Shown here piece by piece: positions 12,488 to 24,110 of a stretch of DNA of 64,000 nucleotides (position 1 is the first letter of the stretch; each line of letters begins with the position of its first letter). The DNA is taken from assembly GCF_964213995.1 (NCBI RefSeq), contig NW_027590151.1:372001-436000 (forward strand), written 5' to 3'. The DNA is from Mustelus asterias (lineage: Eukaryota). The notes under the pieces were generated by a model. That model made no database searches. It was not told where the DNA came from and worked only from the letters and a program-made list of their open reading frames with translations. A program made the translations under genes and the position numbers.

Positions 12488-12689
12488 GCCCATCACTTGC
12501 CTTTGTAAAAGTGATAGTGAGCTGCCGTCTTGGACTGCTGCAGTCCATGTGTTGTAAGTATATACACAAAACCATTCGGGAGAGAGCTCCGCATTTCGAC
12601 CTAGAGACAGTGAAAGGAAAACGTTATAGTTCTAAGTTCTAGCCCTTCGCCTCTTGAGAGGTGTTGGTGGGCTTTCTTATATATAGCGC

Positions 12690-12985
12690 CGGCGTGGATG
12701 GATCAGGACGAGTTGTTGGTGATCTGGACATCGAGAAACCTTGAAGCTCTCGACCATTCCCACTTCATCCCCGTTGATGTCGATAGTGCATGTCCTCCAC
12801 TACGCTTAATGAAGTCGATGACTATCTCTTTCGTTTAACTGACATTCAGGGAGCGACTACTGTCCTCGCACCAGTTCACCAGATTCTCCATCTCTTTCCT
12901 GCCTCATCATTGTTTGAAATCCGACCCACCACGGTGGTGTCATCAGCAAACTTGAAAATTGAGTTGTAGGGGAATGTGGCCATAC
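12690..12985 (-). mobile_element. Rex1/Babar-like LINE RT fragment
   Basis: IFKFADDTTVVGRISNNDE..MENLVNWCED..LNVS*TKEIVIDF. Confidence 0.7.
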
Positions 12986-13204
12986 ATTCACTGTTTCATT
13001 CATTGTTTCCCTTCTCTGACTCCGCTGTACAGATTGAGCAGCTAAAGGACCAACGCTGGAATTATTGCACAGAGGGTACTCAGGTTAAGATGAATAAAAT
13101 CACCTTTCACTCCGCGTGGAGGGTAGGAATTGAAGATCCAAGGAGTTTGACATTATTGGTTGAATCGTTCGCATATTTGTTTTAGATGATTCAATGTCAA
13201 CTGA

Positions 13205-13228
13205 TGACGCACGCGGCGAAGAACCAAT
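13205..13228 (+). promoter_or_regulatory. CRE-like + CCAAT V promoter elements
   Basis: TGACGCA (13205) and CCAAT (13224), about 100-125 bp upstream of the ATG at 13330. Confidence 0.5.
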
Positions 13229-13329
13229 CAGAAGAGTAGTGGGTGTTGCTCACCCGCTTCTCAATTCTTGAGTGAAAACTTTCAGCCTCAGCCCATTGCT
13301 GTTGACTGTGCTATGAGGTCTCTGAAAAC

Positions 13330-14272
13330 ATGTCTCCTGTCACTTTGTGTTTATTCCTCACAGCGGCTGCTCTGTTAACCGGTCAGTTCACAAGTTTCAC
13401 AAAGCTGTGTTTCATATATTTACCACACATGGCATCATCACATCGGTAACAATGGATTGATCATAAATTAACCCTCACCACTTTACCGCCACACACCCTG
13501 TGACAAACAGTGGACTTGAAAACCTATGGACAGTTGTCAGTTTCCCCTAATTGCAGGAAACGCTAGAGGGGAACTGAACCCGATAGATGGCGCCAAATGT
13601 GCATTCCAGAAATCTTATTATTCGAATCAAATATAATCAAGTTATAATCCCAGAGATGTTGGAAATATGTTTCACTTTCGTTGCACCAAGTTATTTATCC
13701 GGCTGTTGCGCAGGGCAAAATGCAGATTCGGTGTGACAAACGTAGTTGTTTGACATCGTTTAATTTGTTGTTACTCTGAATACTTTAGGATATTGTGGAG
13801 GAGACTCTGTTACACAGACACCAGCTGCAGTCACAGTGAGTGAAGGACGTGACGGTCAGTTGTTCTGTAACTTTACAGCTACAACCAGCAACGACCCAGC
13901 GATGAGCCAGAAAATAAGAGAAAGTGTCAACATTTAAAAATTATCTAATCTTCCCTTCTGATTTTAGTACAATGCCAGCAAATCTCAAGTAACATCTTAC
14001 CGGAGTTTGTCAGACTAGCTAAGTATTTCTCAAGATTTGTACTGCAGACATTAGGCTTTCTGGTAAAATTCACGTATTCTATTCTGGTATCGTCAGTATC
14101 CCAGCGGGTCCATGGAGTTTCTGTATCAGAAAAGTAGGTACAGCGGGAACACAGAAAGATTCCGAGGGGACCGTTTCTCTGCAGAGTTTGACTTTATGAA
14201 GAGCACCATTCCGCTGAATGTGTCTAAGATAGAGCTGGCAGACTCCGGGGTGTATTACTGCGCACTGAGACC
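13330..14272 (+). pseudogene. TCR alpha/delta V segment disrupted by a 177-bp insertion in CDR1; leader 13330-13381, V exon 13789-14272
   Basis: Leader MSPVTLCLFLTAAALLT-G; GYCGGDSVTQTPAAVTVSEGRDGQLFCNFTATTSNDP [insert 13899-14075 with stops] ILFWYRQYPSGSMEFL..RFSAEF..LNVSKIELADSGVYYCALR. Confidence 0.92.
13580..13593 (+). promoter_or_regulatory. CTCF-consensus motif in the leader-V intron
   Basis: CCGATAGATGGCGC; a weaker ACGCTAGAGGGGAA lies at 13560-13573. Confidence 0.5.
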
Positions 14273-14311
14273 CACAGAGACACAGAAATGGGCTGAACCT
14301 GTACAAAAACT
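14273..14311 (+). other. 23-RSS
   Basis: CACAGAG-acacagaaatgggctgaacctgt(23)-ACAAAAACT. Confidence 0.9.
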
Positions 14312-15788
14312 GTCAGAGCATTACTCAACATTCCAATGTGGCAGTTGAGTGAATCATTATAGAATATTTATATGCCGACTTACCGGATGTCACACAATGT
14401 GTTTAATGTCACTCATACGATGAATGAAAAAAACACAAGCCAATTTGGCCCCCACCATGGTCCTTCAAACAACATTATTATGCATAGCCTGTTTCAGGAC
14501 GTTTATTCTTGGGTAGTTATTGACTAGAGCAACTCTACTGCTCTTCTTCGAAATAGTGTCCTTGCGCACTATCACGTCCATCTGAGAAGGCAGTCGGTGC
14601 CCTCGATTTAACATCTCATTCGGCACCTTTGACAATTCACCATCCGCCGCGGAGTGCACGGCCGCATCTGAATGGATCCTGTGACTAGAGTCTCCTCAAA
14701 TCTTCTGCTTCATCGGCGGTAAAAATAACAACGGAACCTAGCCTGGCAAGCGTTGTGTGTAGATTAGCGCGTATATTGTTAATTCTGAGGTATTTACACT
14801 GTTTTGACAATTTATATATAGTTTATATTTACACATGCCGGATTGATGCAACGGTTAATCGAGGTGATCAGCCTGATAACTGAGAGATAGATAGGAGCAA
14901 CCTCTCGATGCCTCAGTCACTTTCCATCAGCGTCACCCAAGTACCTTCTGGCATTGTTTTTCCTGAAAGAATCCGTGTGTCTTGTGGGGAGGAAAGAATC
15001 TCGGAATAGACTGAAGACTGAATCCTGGATATCCCGGGAGTCAGTGACTGTTCATCCACCCAATCATGGATTAAAATAAAGAAACGGAAATTTAAAGCAG
15101 CAACCTTTGCTGGTCCTGATGGAAGCGGCCGGATAACATGTTTAACCTTTGGAATAAACTATTACTCTTCAAGGGAAATAAAAGTTTTTTTTACTGGTCT
15201 CGCGCCCTTGATGGATTCTGGACATCTGAAAGCACTTTACAAATGATGGAAGTTTATTTCCAGTGCAGCCGCTGTGTGTGCTGTTTGAAACATTATTTAT
15301 ACAGAGGACACGGGGCATTGTGGATCACCGCCACAAAGAGTTGTCTCTCTGGCGCTCATAGCGAAATGAAGAGATTTTCAAGTCCTTGTATTTTCTGGAT
15401 ACTTTGTGTTTGTGAACAATCGTAACCAAAATCTTACATCACAAGCATGGGAACCCGCACGACCTCTCTCTCACAGACATACCCTCCCTCTCTCTCTTTT
15501 GCTGTCCTCCTCACTGATCAACGCTATTAATTAGAAACATTGCGCTGATTTTTTCCTTCAGTAAACCCTGTGACCGTGCACCATGAAATGCAATGGCTGG
15601 CAAAGTTCACTCTCCAAGTCTCCTTTGCCATAACATTGACAATTCATCGACGGGTGCTTGTCCTAAATATACCACTGTTCACAGTGAAGTGTCACACCAC
15701 AACATTATTTCCTGTAATTTACAGCTGTCACATGTGAGAGCGGTGAACTGCAGTTTTACGTACTTTCGGTCAAATAAAAGTTTCTGGA

Positions 15789-15802
15789 GCGCCACCTAGT
15801 GG
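15789..15802 (-). promoter_or_regulatory. CTCF-consensus motif
   Basis: CCACTAGGTGGCGC (full consensus) on the minus strand. Confidence 0.7.
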
Positions 15803-16329
15803 AATGATCTGCGTAAACACAATTATTCTCGAATACTGCAGCATACTAAAATATTACCATGCCAGATTATTACGGATGTTATTGTTTTGATTTTATTATT
15901 CCTGATGCTTATGCCTTTTTCATCATTTCACTTTTGTTACGCTTACTATTTAATATTAATTCCGACATTATTTTCCTAGTTTGCTGCCAACCGAAGAAAC
16001 TAAAATTGAAACAGTACCATTTAAATCTCGAACGAATGTGTGAACAGGGGGTATATTTACATAATTGGCATGTGTTGTTGTTTTAAAATCTGGATTTCAT
16101 TGGGACCTTGGCGGATTCATATCGCTAAAGCAAGCTTCGTGATCCAGAGTGGCTGAGGCATTACAATAAATCGGCAGTGTTTAAGATAAAAGTGGAATTA
16201 GCTCTCATGTATACGTTCATTGCATTGCAACAATAACAATATTTGCAAGAATAATGCGGCAGAGTCTTGTAACAACATATTTCAGGAACTTGAGAATTCG
16301 GTGATTTTCCAGGAATTAGCCTCACATCG

Positions 16330-16343
16330 CCACCAGATGGCGG
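16330..16343 (+). promoter_or_regulatory. CTCF-consensus motif
   Basis: CCACCAGATGGCGG. Confidence 0.65.
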
Positions 16344-16496
16344 TGTCTCACCATGTTTGTTTGTTTACTGCAGCGGGTACTGGAACGATAATATTGTGGT
16401 TCTGCAGCTAGTCTAGTATTCCAGAGGGACAAGCGGCTGTCCGAAATCACCCTTTCCTTATCACGTGTTATGTTATATAAGACTATATAACTATTT

Positions 16497-17064
16497 GCAG
16501 CTCTTTAAGACCCTGGTCAGACCACACTTGCAGCACTGTGCTCAGTTCTGGTCGCCTCATTGCAGGAAGGATGTGGGAGCCATAGAAAGGGTGCAGAGGA
16601 GATTTACAAGGATGTTGCCTGGGTTGGGCAGCATGCCTTATGAGGATGGGTTGAGTGAGCTCGGCCTTTTCTCCTTGGAGAGACGAAGGATGAGGGGTGA
16701 CCTGATAGAGGTGTATAAGATGTTGAGAGGTATTGATCGAGTGGAGAGTCAGAGGCTTTTTCCCAGGGCTGAAATGGTTGCCACTAGGGGACACAGGTTT
16801 AAGGTGCTGGGGAGTAGGTTCAGAGGAGATGTCAGGGGTAAGTTTTTCACTCAAAGGGTGGTGGGTGCGTGGAATGGGCTGCCAGCAACGGTGGTGGAGG
16901 CGGATTCGATAGGGTATTTTAAGAGACTTTTAGATAAGTACATGGAACTTAGTAAGATAGAAGGTTATAGGTAAGCCTAGTAATCGCTAAGATGGGGACA
17001 TGTTCGACACAACTTTCTGGGCTGAAGGACCTGTATTGTGCTGTAGTTTTTCTATGTTTCTATA
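16497..17064 (+). mobile_element. CR1 LINE 3' fragment
   Basis: ORF 16465-16974 LVRPHLQHCAQFWSP..LFSLERRRMRGDLIEVYK..FFTQRVVGAWNGLP; ctatgtttctat tail. Confidence 0.92.
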
Positions 17065-17134
17065 TTATGTTATTTTATTTCTCCATCTGGAATTCCTGAA
17101 TCAATTTTGGACATTGCTTTTCTCAATGCGCCCC

Positions 17135-17420
17135 TTCGTTTCTCTCACTGCATAGCTCTCTGTTTCTCGTGTTCACAGCCTTCTTGTCTCTCTTCGTTTC
17201 TTCACCGTTTCTTAATCTAATTCCCTTCCTGCCTCCGCCTCTTTTTCACTCCGTGTCAGTCCCACTATTTATCTCTGTTTCTCGCTCATTTCTATCATTC
17301 CGCTTCCTCTTTACCTCCCCGAATCTCAATCCGTCTCTCCCTATCTATGTACCTATATCTACCACGGTCTCTGCTTTTGATTCACTCACTATCTTTCCAT
17401 TTGCTTAGCTTCATTTCTTG
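17135..17420. repeat. Pyrimidine-rich low-complexity tract
   Basis: Degenerate (CT)n/(TCTC)n. Confidence 0.6.
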
Positions 17421-17704
17421 TGTCGTATTTCTCCTTGCGACACGTCAAATATCAAATATTTTCCACAGTTCTTTCATAACAGTATCTTTAATTTTAAAAT
17501 AATGATTGTTTCAATCTCACCTTCACGTTATGTTCATGTATTCGACAAAACTGGGACAGAGGAAACGTTTCCCAGTGCAGTACCTGTTGCTCTCGACTTG
17601 CTAATAATTTGGGTTCATTTTAAATCATAGCAACCGACAGGTAGGTTTGGAAATTCCAGGTTTTCCCCTTCTGCCCAGCTGTTCCCTTTGTCACACTGCG
17701 GTAG

Positions 17705-17743
17705 TTATTTTGCACGAGGCTTCCTCTGGTTCTGGTCACTGTG
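17705..17743 (-). other. 23-RSS (variant nonamer)
   Basis: CACAGTG-23 nt-GCAAAATAA on the minus strand. Confidence 0.8.
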
Positions 17744-18275
17744 TCTCTCAGTCCGCTGTAATAAACCGCGCTTTCAGACAGCTGCAGCTCACGTGGTGAA
17801 ATTTCCCTGATTTTTCGAAGTGTTCAAAGATGCAGAAAATCGAGCCCCCACGCCCTCTGCTCTGACAACATCTTCGTAATTGGGGATGTAGATCAAGAAT
17901 GTGGGGACGTTATACAGGTCCTGGTGGTAAAACTGAAAAGAATATGCAGCAGCTGTGGTCGAATAGCTGAAATCAATACACACCGATTCTCCTTCAAACC
18001 TTATCGCTGTAACCGGTCCCTGGGAGACCAAACCTGCAGCACTCACACCTGCAAAAAAGAATAGAAATACGAAATTTAATTTTTCTTTTCATTTTGTCAG
18101 AAACAACGGGATTTAGGTAATTGAATATATTACAAATAGATGGAAAAACAGTTCAATGGAAAGATGTCTATGTCAGTATCGCGAGCAAGCGGCAGAATGT
18201 GCAACTTGGGAACTTACCAGTTAAAAGAGTTGAAGCTGTGAGGAACTGGTAAAGAGTAACACACAAAGTCTTCAT
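17744..18275 (-). pseudogene. TCR Valpha-like pseudogene; leader 18218-18275, V exon 17744-18048
   Basis: Leader MKTLCVTLYQFLTASTLLT-G/gtaagt; GVSAAGLVSQGPVTAIRFEGESVCIDFSY..FQFYHQ..PTFLIY..RFSASLNTSKNQGNFT/RELQLSESAVYYSGLR; FR3 frameshift, second Cys to Ser, conserved Trp to Phe. Confidence 0.88.
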
Positions 18276-18399
18276 AGAGATGATGCTGGATCTGAACTCA
18301 GTGAGTTCAAGCTCCATATTTAGTTCAGTGTTCAGAAAATGTTGAGAAATATCCGGCCTCAAGCGATTGGCTCGTTTCTGACAGAGCCAGCGGGAGACA

Positions 18400-18479
18400 C
18401 CCAATCAGCTCACAGATTCATTACCCTCCATTTCATCCAATCAGCTCAGAGTGCCTTCGCTCACCAATCCATGACGTCA
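18400..18479 (-). promoter_or_regulatory. V promoter: perfect CRE plus several CCAAT boxes
   Basis: TGACGTCA at 18472-18479; repeated ccaatc between 18400 and 18470. Confidence 0.55.
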
Positions 18480-19294
18480 GACGGAGGAGCCTTAATTGCC
18501 CTCCATTTGAGAGGACATTTAAGGATCAACCACATTACTCTGGCTCTGGAGTCACATGTCGGCCAAACCAGCTAAGGACGGCAGATCTCCTTCCCCCAGG
18601 ACATTAGTGAACCGGATGGGGTTTTGCAACAGTCGATAATGGTTTCATGGTCATCATTACACTTTTAATTCCAGATTAATCACATCAAAACCTGAAAAAT
18701 GTTCAATCTGAGAGCTGGAGTTTCTTCATGCTGACGTTAATAATCTCCATAACTTGCTGCTTTTGAATATTCCGATATGTGTCAAATGAACTAATATTGT
18801 TTCAGGCACAGAGTCATTTCTCCAGGATAGGAGCAGATGAATTGCTAACCTGTCACTGACTGTCACTCAATGCTTCATCTTTATTATTTTCTCCTTTCTA
18901 ACTGTCTAGATCATTTCATTTCTTGGACCTTCAGCTATTCTCTTGAACTCATACCTTCCAAAATGTCTTTCCAAGCCTTGGGAACCAGGGAAGGCATTGA
19001 TAACACATCCGGGTCAGTAAACACAAAACACGGCCGTGATGTGCTGGAGCCCATCATTGAGAGTGGGGATGTTTGTGGAGCCTCCTCTTCCTGTGGTTCC
19101 ACTTTGGATAGAAATCAGTGAGGTCTGAGAGCGGTTTTCTATTTTTCATATACTAGTAAAACAAATGAACTGATAAACTTGTTGAAATCCTTTTAAAACA
19201 GCATTGTAATAAAAAGACAGAACTTCAAGGAAAACATACTAAATTAAAATATTTTCCCTATTTATACTCTTTATTCCTTGAACTGGGAAATTAT

Positions 19295-19795
19295 CAACGC
19301 AGTCAAATTGGGGAGAGGTCATTCACCGTCGCGAAGGGTGGAGATGGATTTAATCAGTTGTCCCTTCTGTCAACACACCAGCAAGTTCATACTGGGGAGA
19401 AGCTGTTCTGATGTTTTTAATGTGCGAAGGAATTTGCTTACTCATCTGACCCGCTGGCACATGAATGAGTTCACACAGAGGAGAATGCAGTCACCTGCTC
19501 TGTTTGTGGGAAAGGATTCGCTTAGTCATCCCAGCTCACTAAGCATAAACTTGATCACAGAGATCAGGGTCCTTTTAAATGTTCTGATTGTGAAAAGAGC
19601 TTTAAAACAAGAAGTATATGTGAATACAACAACAGCTTCAGACTGGAGTGAGACGGTTCATATACCCGGAAAGTGGGAAAGGATTAATTCAGTCATCCGA
19701 TCTGCTCACACACCAACAACGTCACACCAAGGAGAGGCCGTTCACCTTCTCTGAGTGTGGGAAGGGATTCCAGCCACTTCCTGGCACACACAAAT
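19295..19795 (+). pseudogene. C2H2 (Kruppel-type) zinc-finger array pseudogene fragment
   Basis: [70 protein letters not shown] with stops and frameshifts. Confidence 0.85.
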
Positions 19796-19797
19796 GA

Positions 19798-20390
19798 GCG
19801 GAGGACATTGCAGACATGACGGCAACGGTTGAACGGACACTGCACAACAATCGCCAGGCGGGAGTGTTCCCTTCCAGTTGGGGAGCTCTTCAGCAGTCCA
19901 GGACATTCAGCCTCCAGTTTTCGGGTAAGCGTTCTCCAAGGCGGCCTTCAAGACATATGGCAACGCAGAATAGCCGAGCGGAAACTGATAGCCAAGTTCA
20001 ACATGCATGAGGACGGCCTTAACCGGGATCTTGGGTGAATGTCGCACTACTTGTAACCCTCACCATACTGCCTGGGTTTGCAAAATCCTACGAACTGACC
20101 TGGTTTGAGAGAATTCACACCCCTTTAACTTGTAATTGTCCCTCGCTCCACTCACACTGTTCGCACCTATAAAAACTTGATTATTTACTTTATATTTACC
20201 TGTAAAGACTCATATTAAATCACTCTTCACATACCAATTTGTAACTATCTTGCAGTTGTGTCTTTGATTATATATGCTGTGCTTGCGAACTAACCTCCAC
20301 GCACCTGATGAAGGAGCAGCGCTCCGAAAGCCCGTGATTCCAAATAAACCTGTTGGATCTTAACCTGGTGTTGTGAGACTTCTTACATTG
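19798..20390 (+). mobile_element. Penelope-like retroelement 3' fragment (GIY-YIG C-terminus + pseudo-LTR)
   Basis: RQRLNGHCTTIARRECSLPVGELFSSPGHS..RRIAERKLIAKF..GLNRDLG; hammerhead-like core at 20305-20331. Confidence 0.85.
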
Positions 20391-20749
20391 CTGCAGTTAC
20401 TCACGCCCAGGACTGAACTTGGAGGTTAATCCTGAGGTGTGTAAGGAATGTGTGCGAGCCGCTCTCTTCCATGGTTCAGAGCTCCGAGACACGGAAGAGA
20501 AGCTCCTTTGCAACTGTGTTCGGAGTCAGGAGAGCAATGTTGAATACTGCAAACGTGCTGTAAAATCAGAGGTTGGTGTAAAATTGGGCTGTTCCTGAGA
20601 GTGAAATGGCAGGTTTAAGTTTCCAGACTGAAAATGTTTGTGTGACTTTCCTGAATCTACGAATGTAAGTAACATCAAGTTACTTTTCACTCTGGAACTT
20701 TGAACCATTCTGTTTTGGTTGAAAATATTTTGTTGAAAATGTTGAAAAT

Positions 20750-20892
20750 AAGATGGGTATAGAGGGATATGGGCCAAATGCCGGCATTTTGGATGAGCTT
20801 AGGGTTTTAAAAAAATGGCGGCGTGGACAAGTTGGGCCCAAGGGCCTGTTTCCATGTTGTAAACCTCTATGATTCTATGACTCTATGACTCT
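20750..20892 (+). mobile_element. CR1 3' UTR fragment
   Basis: Near-identical to 12355-12487, (ctatgact)n tail. Confidence 0.8.
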
Positions 20893-21233
20893 TTCTCCCA
20901 CCTTCCATTGACTTCAATGTGATGGAAACTGACTGTTGGAACCTGTCAACATTTGAAATATATTTACAAATGATTGGAGGGTTTCTTCCAGATGGATCTT
21001 TCTCTGTTCTTTCTACTGGTAGCGTTAGAAAACATACTTTCTCCTGTGAATATCCAGCTGGAATATTGGGCACTGATGTGTTTCCTTGTTCATCTTTTTC
21101 ACTCGAAATATTGAATATTTTGGTTTCAGACAGCAGATAATCAAACTCCCAGCAATAAGACCATAAGACATAGGAGCGGAAGTAAGGCCATTCGGCCCAT
21201 CGAGTTCACTCCACCATTCAATCATGGTTGATT

Positions 21234-24110
21234 TCAACTCCATTTGCCCGCTCTCTCCCCATAGCCCTTAATTCCTCGAGAAATCAAGAATTTATCAATT
21301 TCTGTCTTGAAGACGCTCAGCGTCTCGGCCTCCACAGCCCTCTGTGGCAATGAATTCCACAGACCTACCACTCTCTGGCTGAAGAAATTTCTCCTCATCT
21401 CTGTTCTAAAGTGACTCCCTTTTATTCTAAGGCTGTGCCCCCGCGTCCTAGTCTCCCCTGCTAATGGAAACAACTTCCCTACGTCCATCCTATCTAAGCC
21501 GTTCATTATCTTGTAAGTTTCTATTAGATCTCCCCTCAACCTCCTAAACTCCAATGAATATAATCCCACGATCCTCAGACGTTCATCGTATGTCAGGCCT
21601 ACCATTCCTGGGATCATCCGTGTGAATCTCCGCTGGACCCGCTCCAGTGCCACTATGTCCTTCCTGAGGTGTGGGGCCCAAAATTGCTCACAGTACTCCA
21701 AATGGGGCCTAACCAGTGCTTTATAAAGCCTCAGAAGTACATCCCTGCTTTTGTATTCCAAGCCTCTTGAGATAAATGACAACATTACATTTGCTTTCTT
21801 AATTACGGACTCAACCTGCAAGTTTACCTTTAGAGAATCCTGGACTAGGACTCCCAAGTCCCTTTGCACTTTAGCATTATGAATTTTGTCACCGTTTAGA
21901 AAATAGTCCATGCCTCTATTCTTTTTTCCAAAGTGCAAGACCTCGCACTTGCCCACGTTGAATTTCATCAGCCGCTGCTTGGACAACTCTCCTAAACTGT
22001 CTAAATCTTTCTGCAGCCTCCTCACCTCCTCAATACTACCTGCCCCTTCACCTATCTTTGTATCATCGGCAAACTTGGCCAGAATGCCCCCAGTCCCGTC
22101 ATCTCGTTCGTTAATATATAAAGAGAACAGCTGTGGCCCCAACACTGAACCCTGCGGGACACCACTTGTCACCGGTTGCCATTCTGAGAAATAATGTTTT
22201 ATCCCAACTCTCTGCCTTCTGTCTGACAGCCAATCGTCAATCCATGTTAGTACCTTGCCTCGAATACCATGGGCCCTTATTTTACTCAGCAGTCTCCCGT
22301 GAGGCACCTTGTCAAAGGCCTTTTGGAAGTCAAGATAGATAACATCCATTGGCTCTCCTTGGTCTAACCTATTTGTTATCTCTTCAAAGAACTCTAACAG
22401 GTTTGTCAGGCACGACCTCCCCTTACTAAATCCATGCTGACTTGTCCTAATCCGACCCCGCACTTCCAAGAATTTAGAAATCTCATCCTTAACGATGGAT
22501 TCTAGAATTTTGCCAACAACTGAGGTTAGGCTAATTGGCCTATAATTTTCCATCTTTTTTCTTGTTCCCTTCTTGAACAGTGGGGTTACAACAGCGATTT
22601 TCCAATCCTCTGGGACTTTCCCTGACTCCAGTGACTTTTGAAAGATCATAACTAACGCCTCCACTATTTCTTCAGCTATCTCCTTTAGAACTCTAGGATG
22701 TAGCCCATCTGGGCCCGGAGATTTATCAATTTTCAGACCTTTTAGTTTCTCCAGCACTTTCTCCTTTGTGATGGCAACCATATTCAACTCTGCCCCCTGA
22801 CTTTCCTGAATTGTTGGGATATTACTCATGTCTTCTACTGTGAAGACTGACGCAAAGTACTTATTAAGTTCCTCAGCTATTTCCTTGTCTCCCATCACTA
22901 GATTACCAGCGTCATTTTGGAGCGGCCCAATGTATACTTTTGCCTCCCGTTTGTTTTTAATGTATTTAAAGAAACTTTTACTATCATTCCTAATGTTACT
23001 GGCTAGCCTACCTTCATATTTGATCCTCTCTTTCCTTATTTCTCTCTTTGTTATCCTCTGTTTGTTTTTATAGCCTTCCCAATCTTCTGACTTCCCACTA
23101 CTCTTTGCCACATTATAGGCTCTCTCTTTTGCCTTGATGCATTCCCTGACTTCCTTTGTCAGCCATGGCTGCCTAATCCCCCCTCTGATAACCTTTCTTT
23201 TGTTTGGGATGAACCTCTGCACTGTGTCCTCAATTACTTCCAGAAACTCCTGCCATTGCTGTTCTACTGTCTTTCCCACTAGGCTCTGCTTCCAGTCGAT
23301 TTTTGTCAGTTCTTCCCTCATGCGCCTGTAATTACCTTTATTTAACTGTAGAACCTTCACATCTGATTCTGCCTTCCTTCTTTCAAATTGCAGACTGAAT
23401 TCTACCATATTATGATCACTGCTTCCAAAGTGTTCCCTTACTTTAAGATCTTTTATCACGTCTGGCTCATTACATAACACTAAGTCCAGAATAGCCTGTT
23501 CCCTCGTGGGCTCCATCACAAGCTGTTCCAAAAAGCCATCCTGTAAACATTCAATGAATTCCCTTTCTTTGGGTCCACTGGCAACATTATTTACCCAGTC
23601 CACCTGCATATTGAAATCCCCCATGATCACTGTGACCTTGCCTTTCTGACATGCCCTTTCTATTTCGTGGTGCATTTTGTGCCCCTGGTCCTGACCACTG
23701 TCAGGAGGCCTGTACATAACTCCCATTATGGTTTTTTTGCCTTTGTGGTTCCTCAACTCTACCCACACAGACTCCACATCGTCTGACCCTATGTCGTTTA
23801 GTGCTATTGATTTAATTTCATTTCTAATTAACAAGGCAACCCCGCCCCCTCTACCCACCTCTCTGTCTTTTCGATAGGTTGTGAATCCCTGGATGTTTAA
23901 CTGCCAGTCCTGAACCCCCTGCAACCACGTCTCTGTGATGCCTACCACATCATACCTGCCAGTCACAATCTGGGCCACAAGCTCATCTACCTTGTTCCGG
24001 ACACTGCGGGCATTTAAATATAGCACCTTTAATTCCCTATTGACCGTCCCTTTTTGTTTTCGTAGTGTGGTGGACCTTGGTTTACTGAGCCTTTCCAGAC
24101 ACTGTGTCAT
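21234..24110 (-). CDS. CR1 ORF2: apurinic endonuclease + reverse transcriptase, 958 aa, uninterrupted
   Basis: YLNARS, GITETW, MGDFN, SDH (APE); YRPISLTS, DFQKAFDKVPH, GVPQGSVLGP, KFADD (RT). Confidence 0.95.
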   Translation of the reverse strand: MTQCLERLSKPRSTTLRKQKGTVNRELKVLYLNARSVRNKVDELVAQIVTGRYDVVGITETWLQGVQDWQLNIQGFTTYRKDREVGRGGGVALLIRNEIKSIALNDIGSDDVESVWVELRNHKGKKTIMGVMYRPPDSGQDQGHKMHHEIERACQKGKVTVIMGDFNMQVDWVNNVASGPKEREFIECLQDGFLEQLVMEPTREQAILDLVLCNEPDVIKDLKVREHFGSSDHNMVEFSLQFERRKAESDVKVLQLNKGNYRRMREELTKIDWKQSLVGKTVEQQWQEFLEVIEDTVQRFIPNKRKVIRGGIRQPWLTKEVRECIKAKERAYNVAKSSGKSEDWEGYKNKQRITKREIRKERIKYEGRLASNIRNDSKSFFKYIKNKREAKVYIGPLQNDAGNLVMGDKEIAEELNKYFASVFTVEDMSNIPTIQESQGAELNMVAITKEKVLEKLKGLKIDKSPGPDGLHPRVLKEIAEEIVEALVMIFQKSLESGKVPEDWKIAVVTPLFKKGTRKKMENYRPISLTSVVGKILESIVKDEISKFLEVRGRIRTSQHGFSKGRSCLTNLLEFFEEITNRLDQGEPMDVIYLDFQKAFDKVPHGRLLSKIRAHGIRGKVLTWIDDWLSDRRQRVGIKHYFSEWQPVTSGVPQGSVLGPQLFSLYINERDDGTGGILAKFADDTKIGEGAGSIEEVRRLQKDLDSLGELSKQRLMKFNVGKCEVLHFGKKNRGMDYFLNGDKIHNAKVQRDLGVLVQDSLKVNLQVESVIKKANVMLSFISRGLEYKSRDVLLRLYKALVRPHLEYCEQFWAPHLRKDIVALERVQRRFTRMIPGMVGLTYDERLRIVGLYSLEFRRLRGDLIETYKIMNGLDRMDVGKLFPLAGETRTRGHSLRIKGSHFRTEMRRNFFSQRVVGLWNSLPQRAVEAETLSVFKTEIDKFLISRGIKGYGERAGKWS

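Noticed and set aside
13899-14075. CDR1 insert as a novel intron or in-frame extra domain
   Set aside because: Length is a multiple of 3 but it has in-frame TAA codons and no GT/GC..AG ends that restore the frame
14720-14990. V-like words on the minus strand (EGTWVTL, QLSG*SPRL, YLRINNIRA)
   Set aside because: No Cys, Trp, YYC or RSS and several stops; unsupported without an HMM search
1-18500. NAR-TCR cassette, J segments or constant exons
   Set aside because: No FGxG J with a 5' RSS, no NAR-type V and no C1 domain recognised
19278-19754. 158-aa ORF
   Set aside because: Off-frame reading of the decayed zinc-finger array
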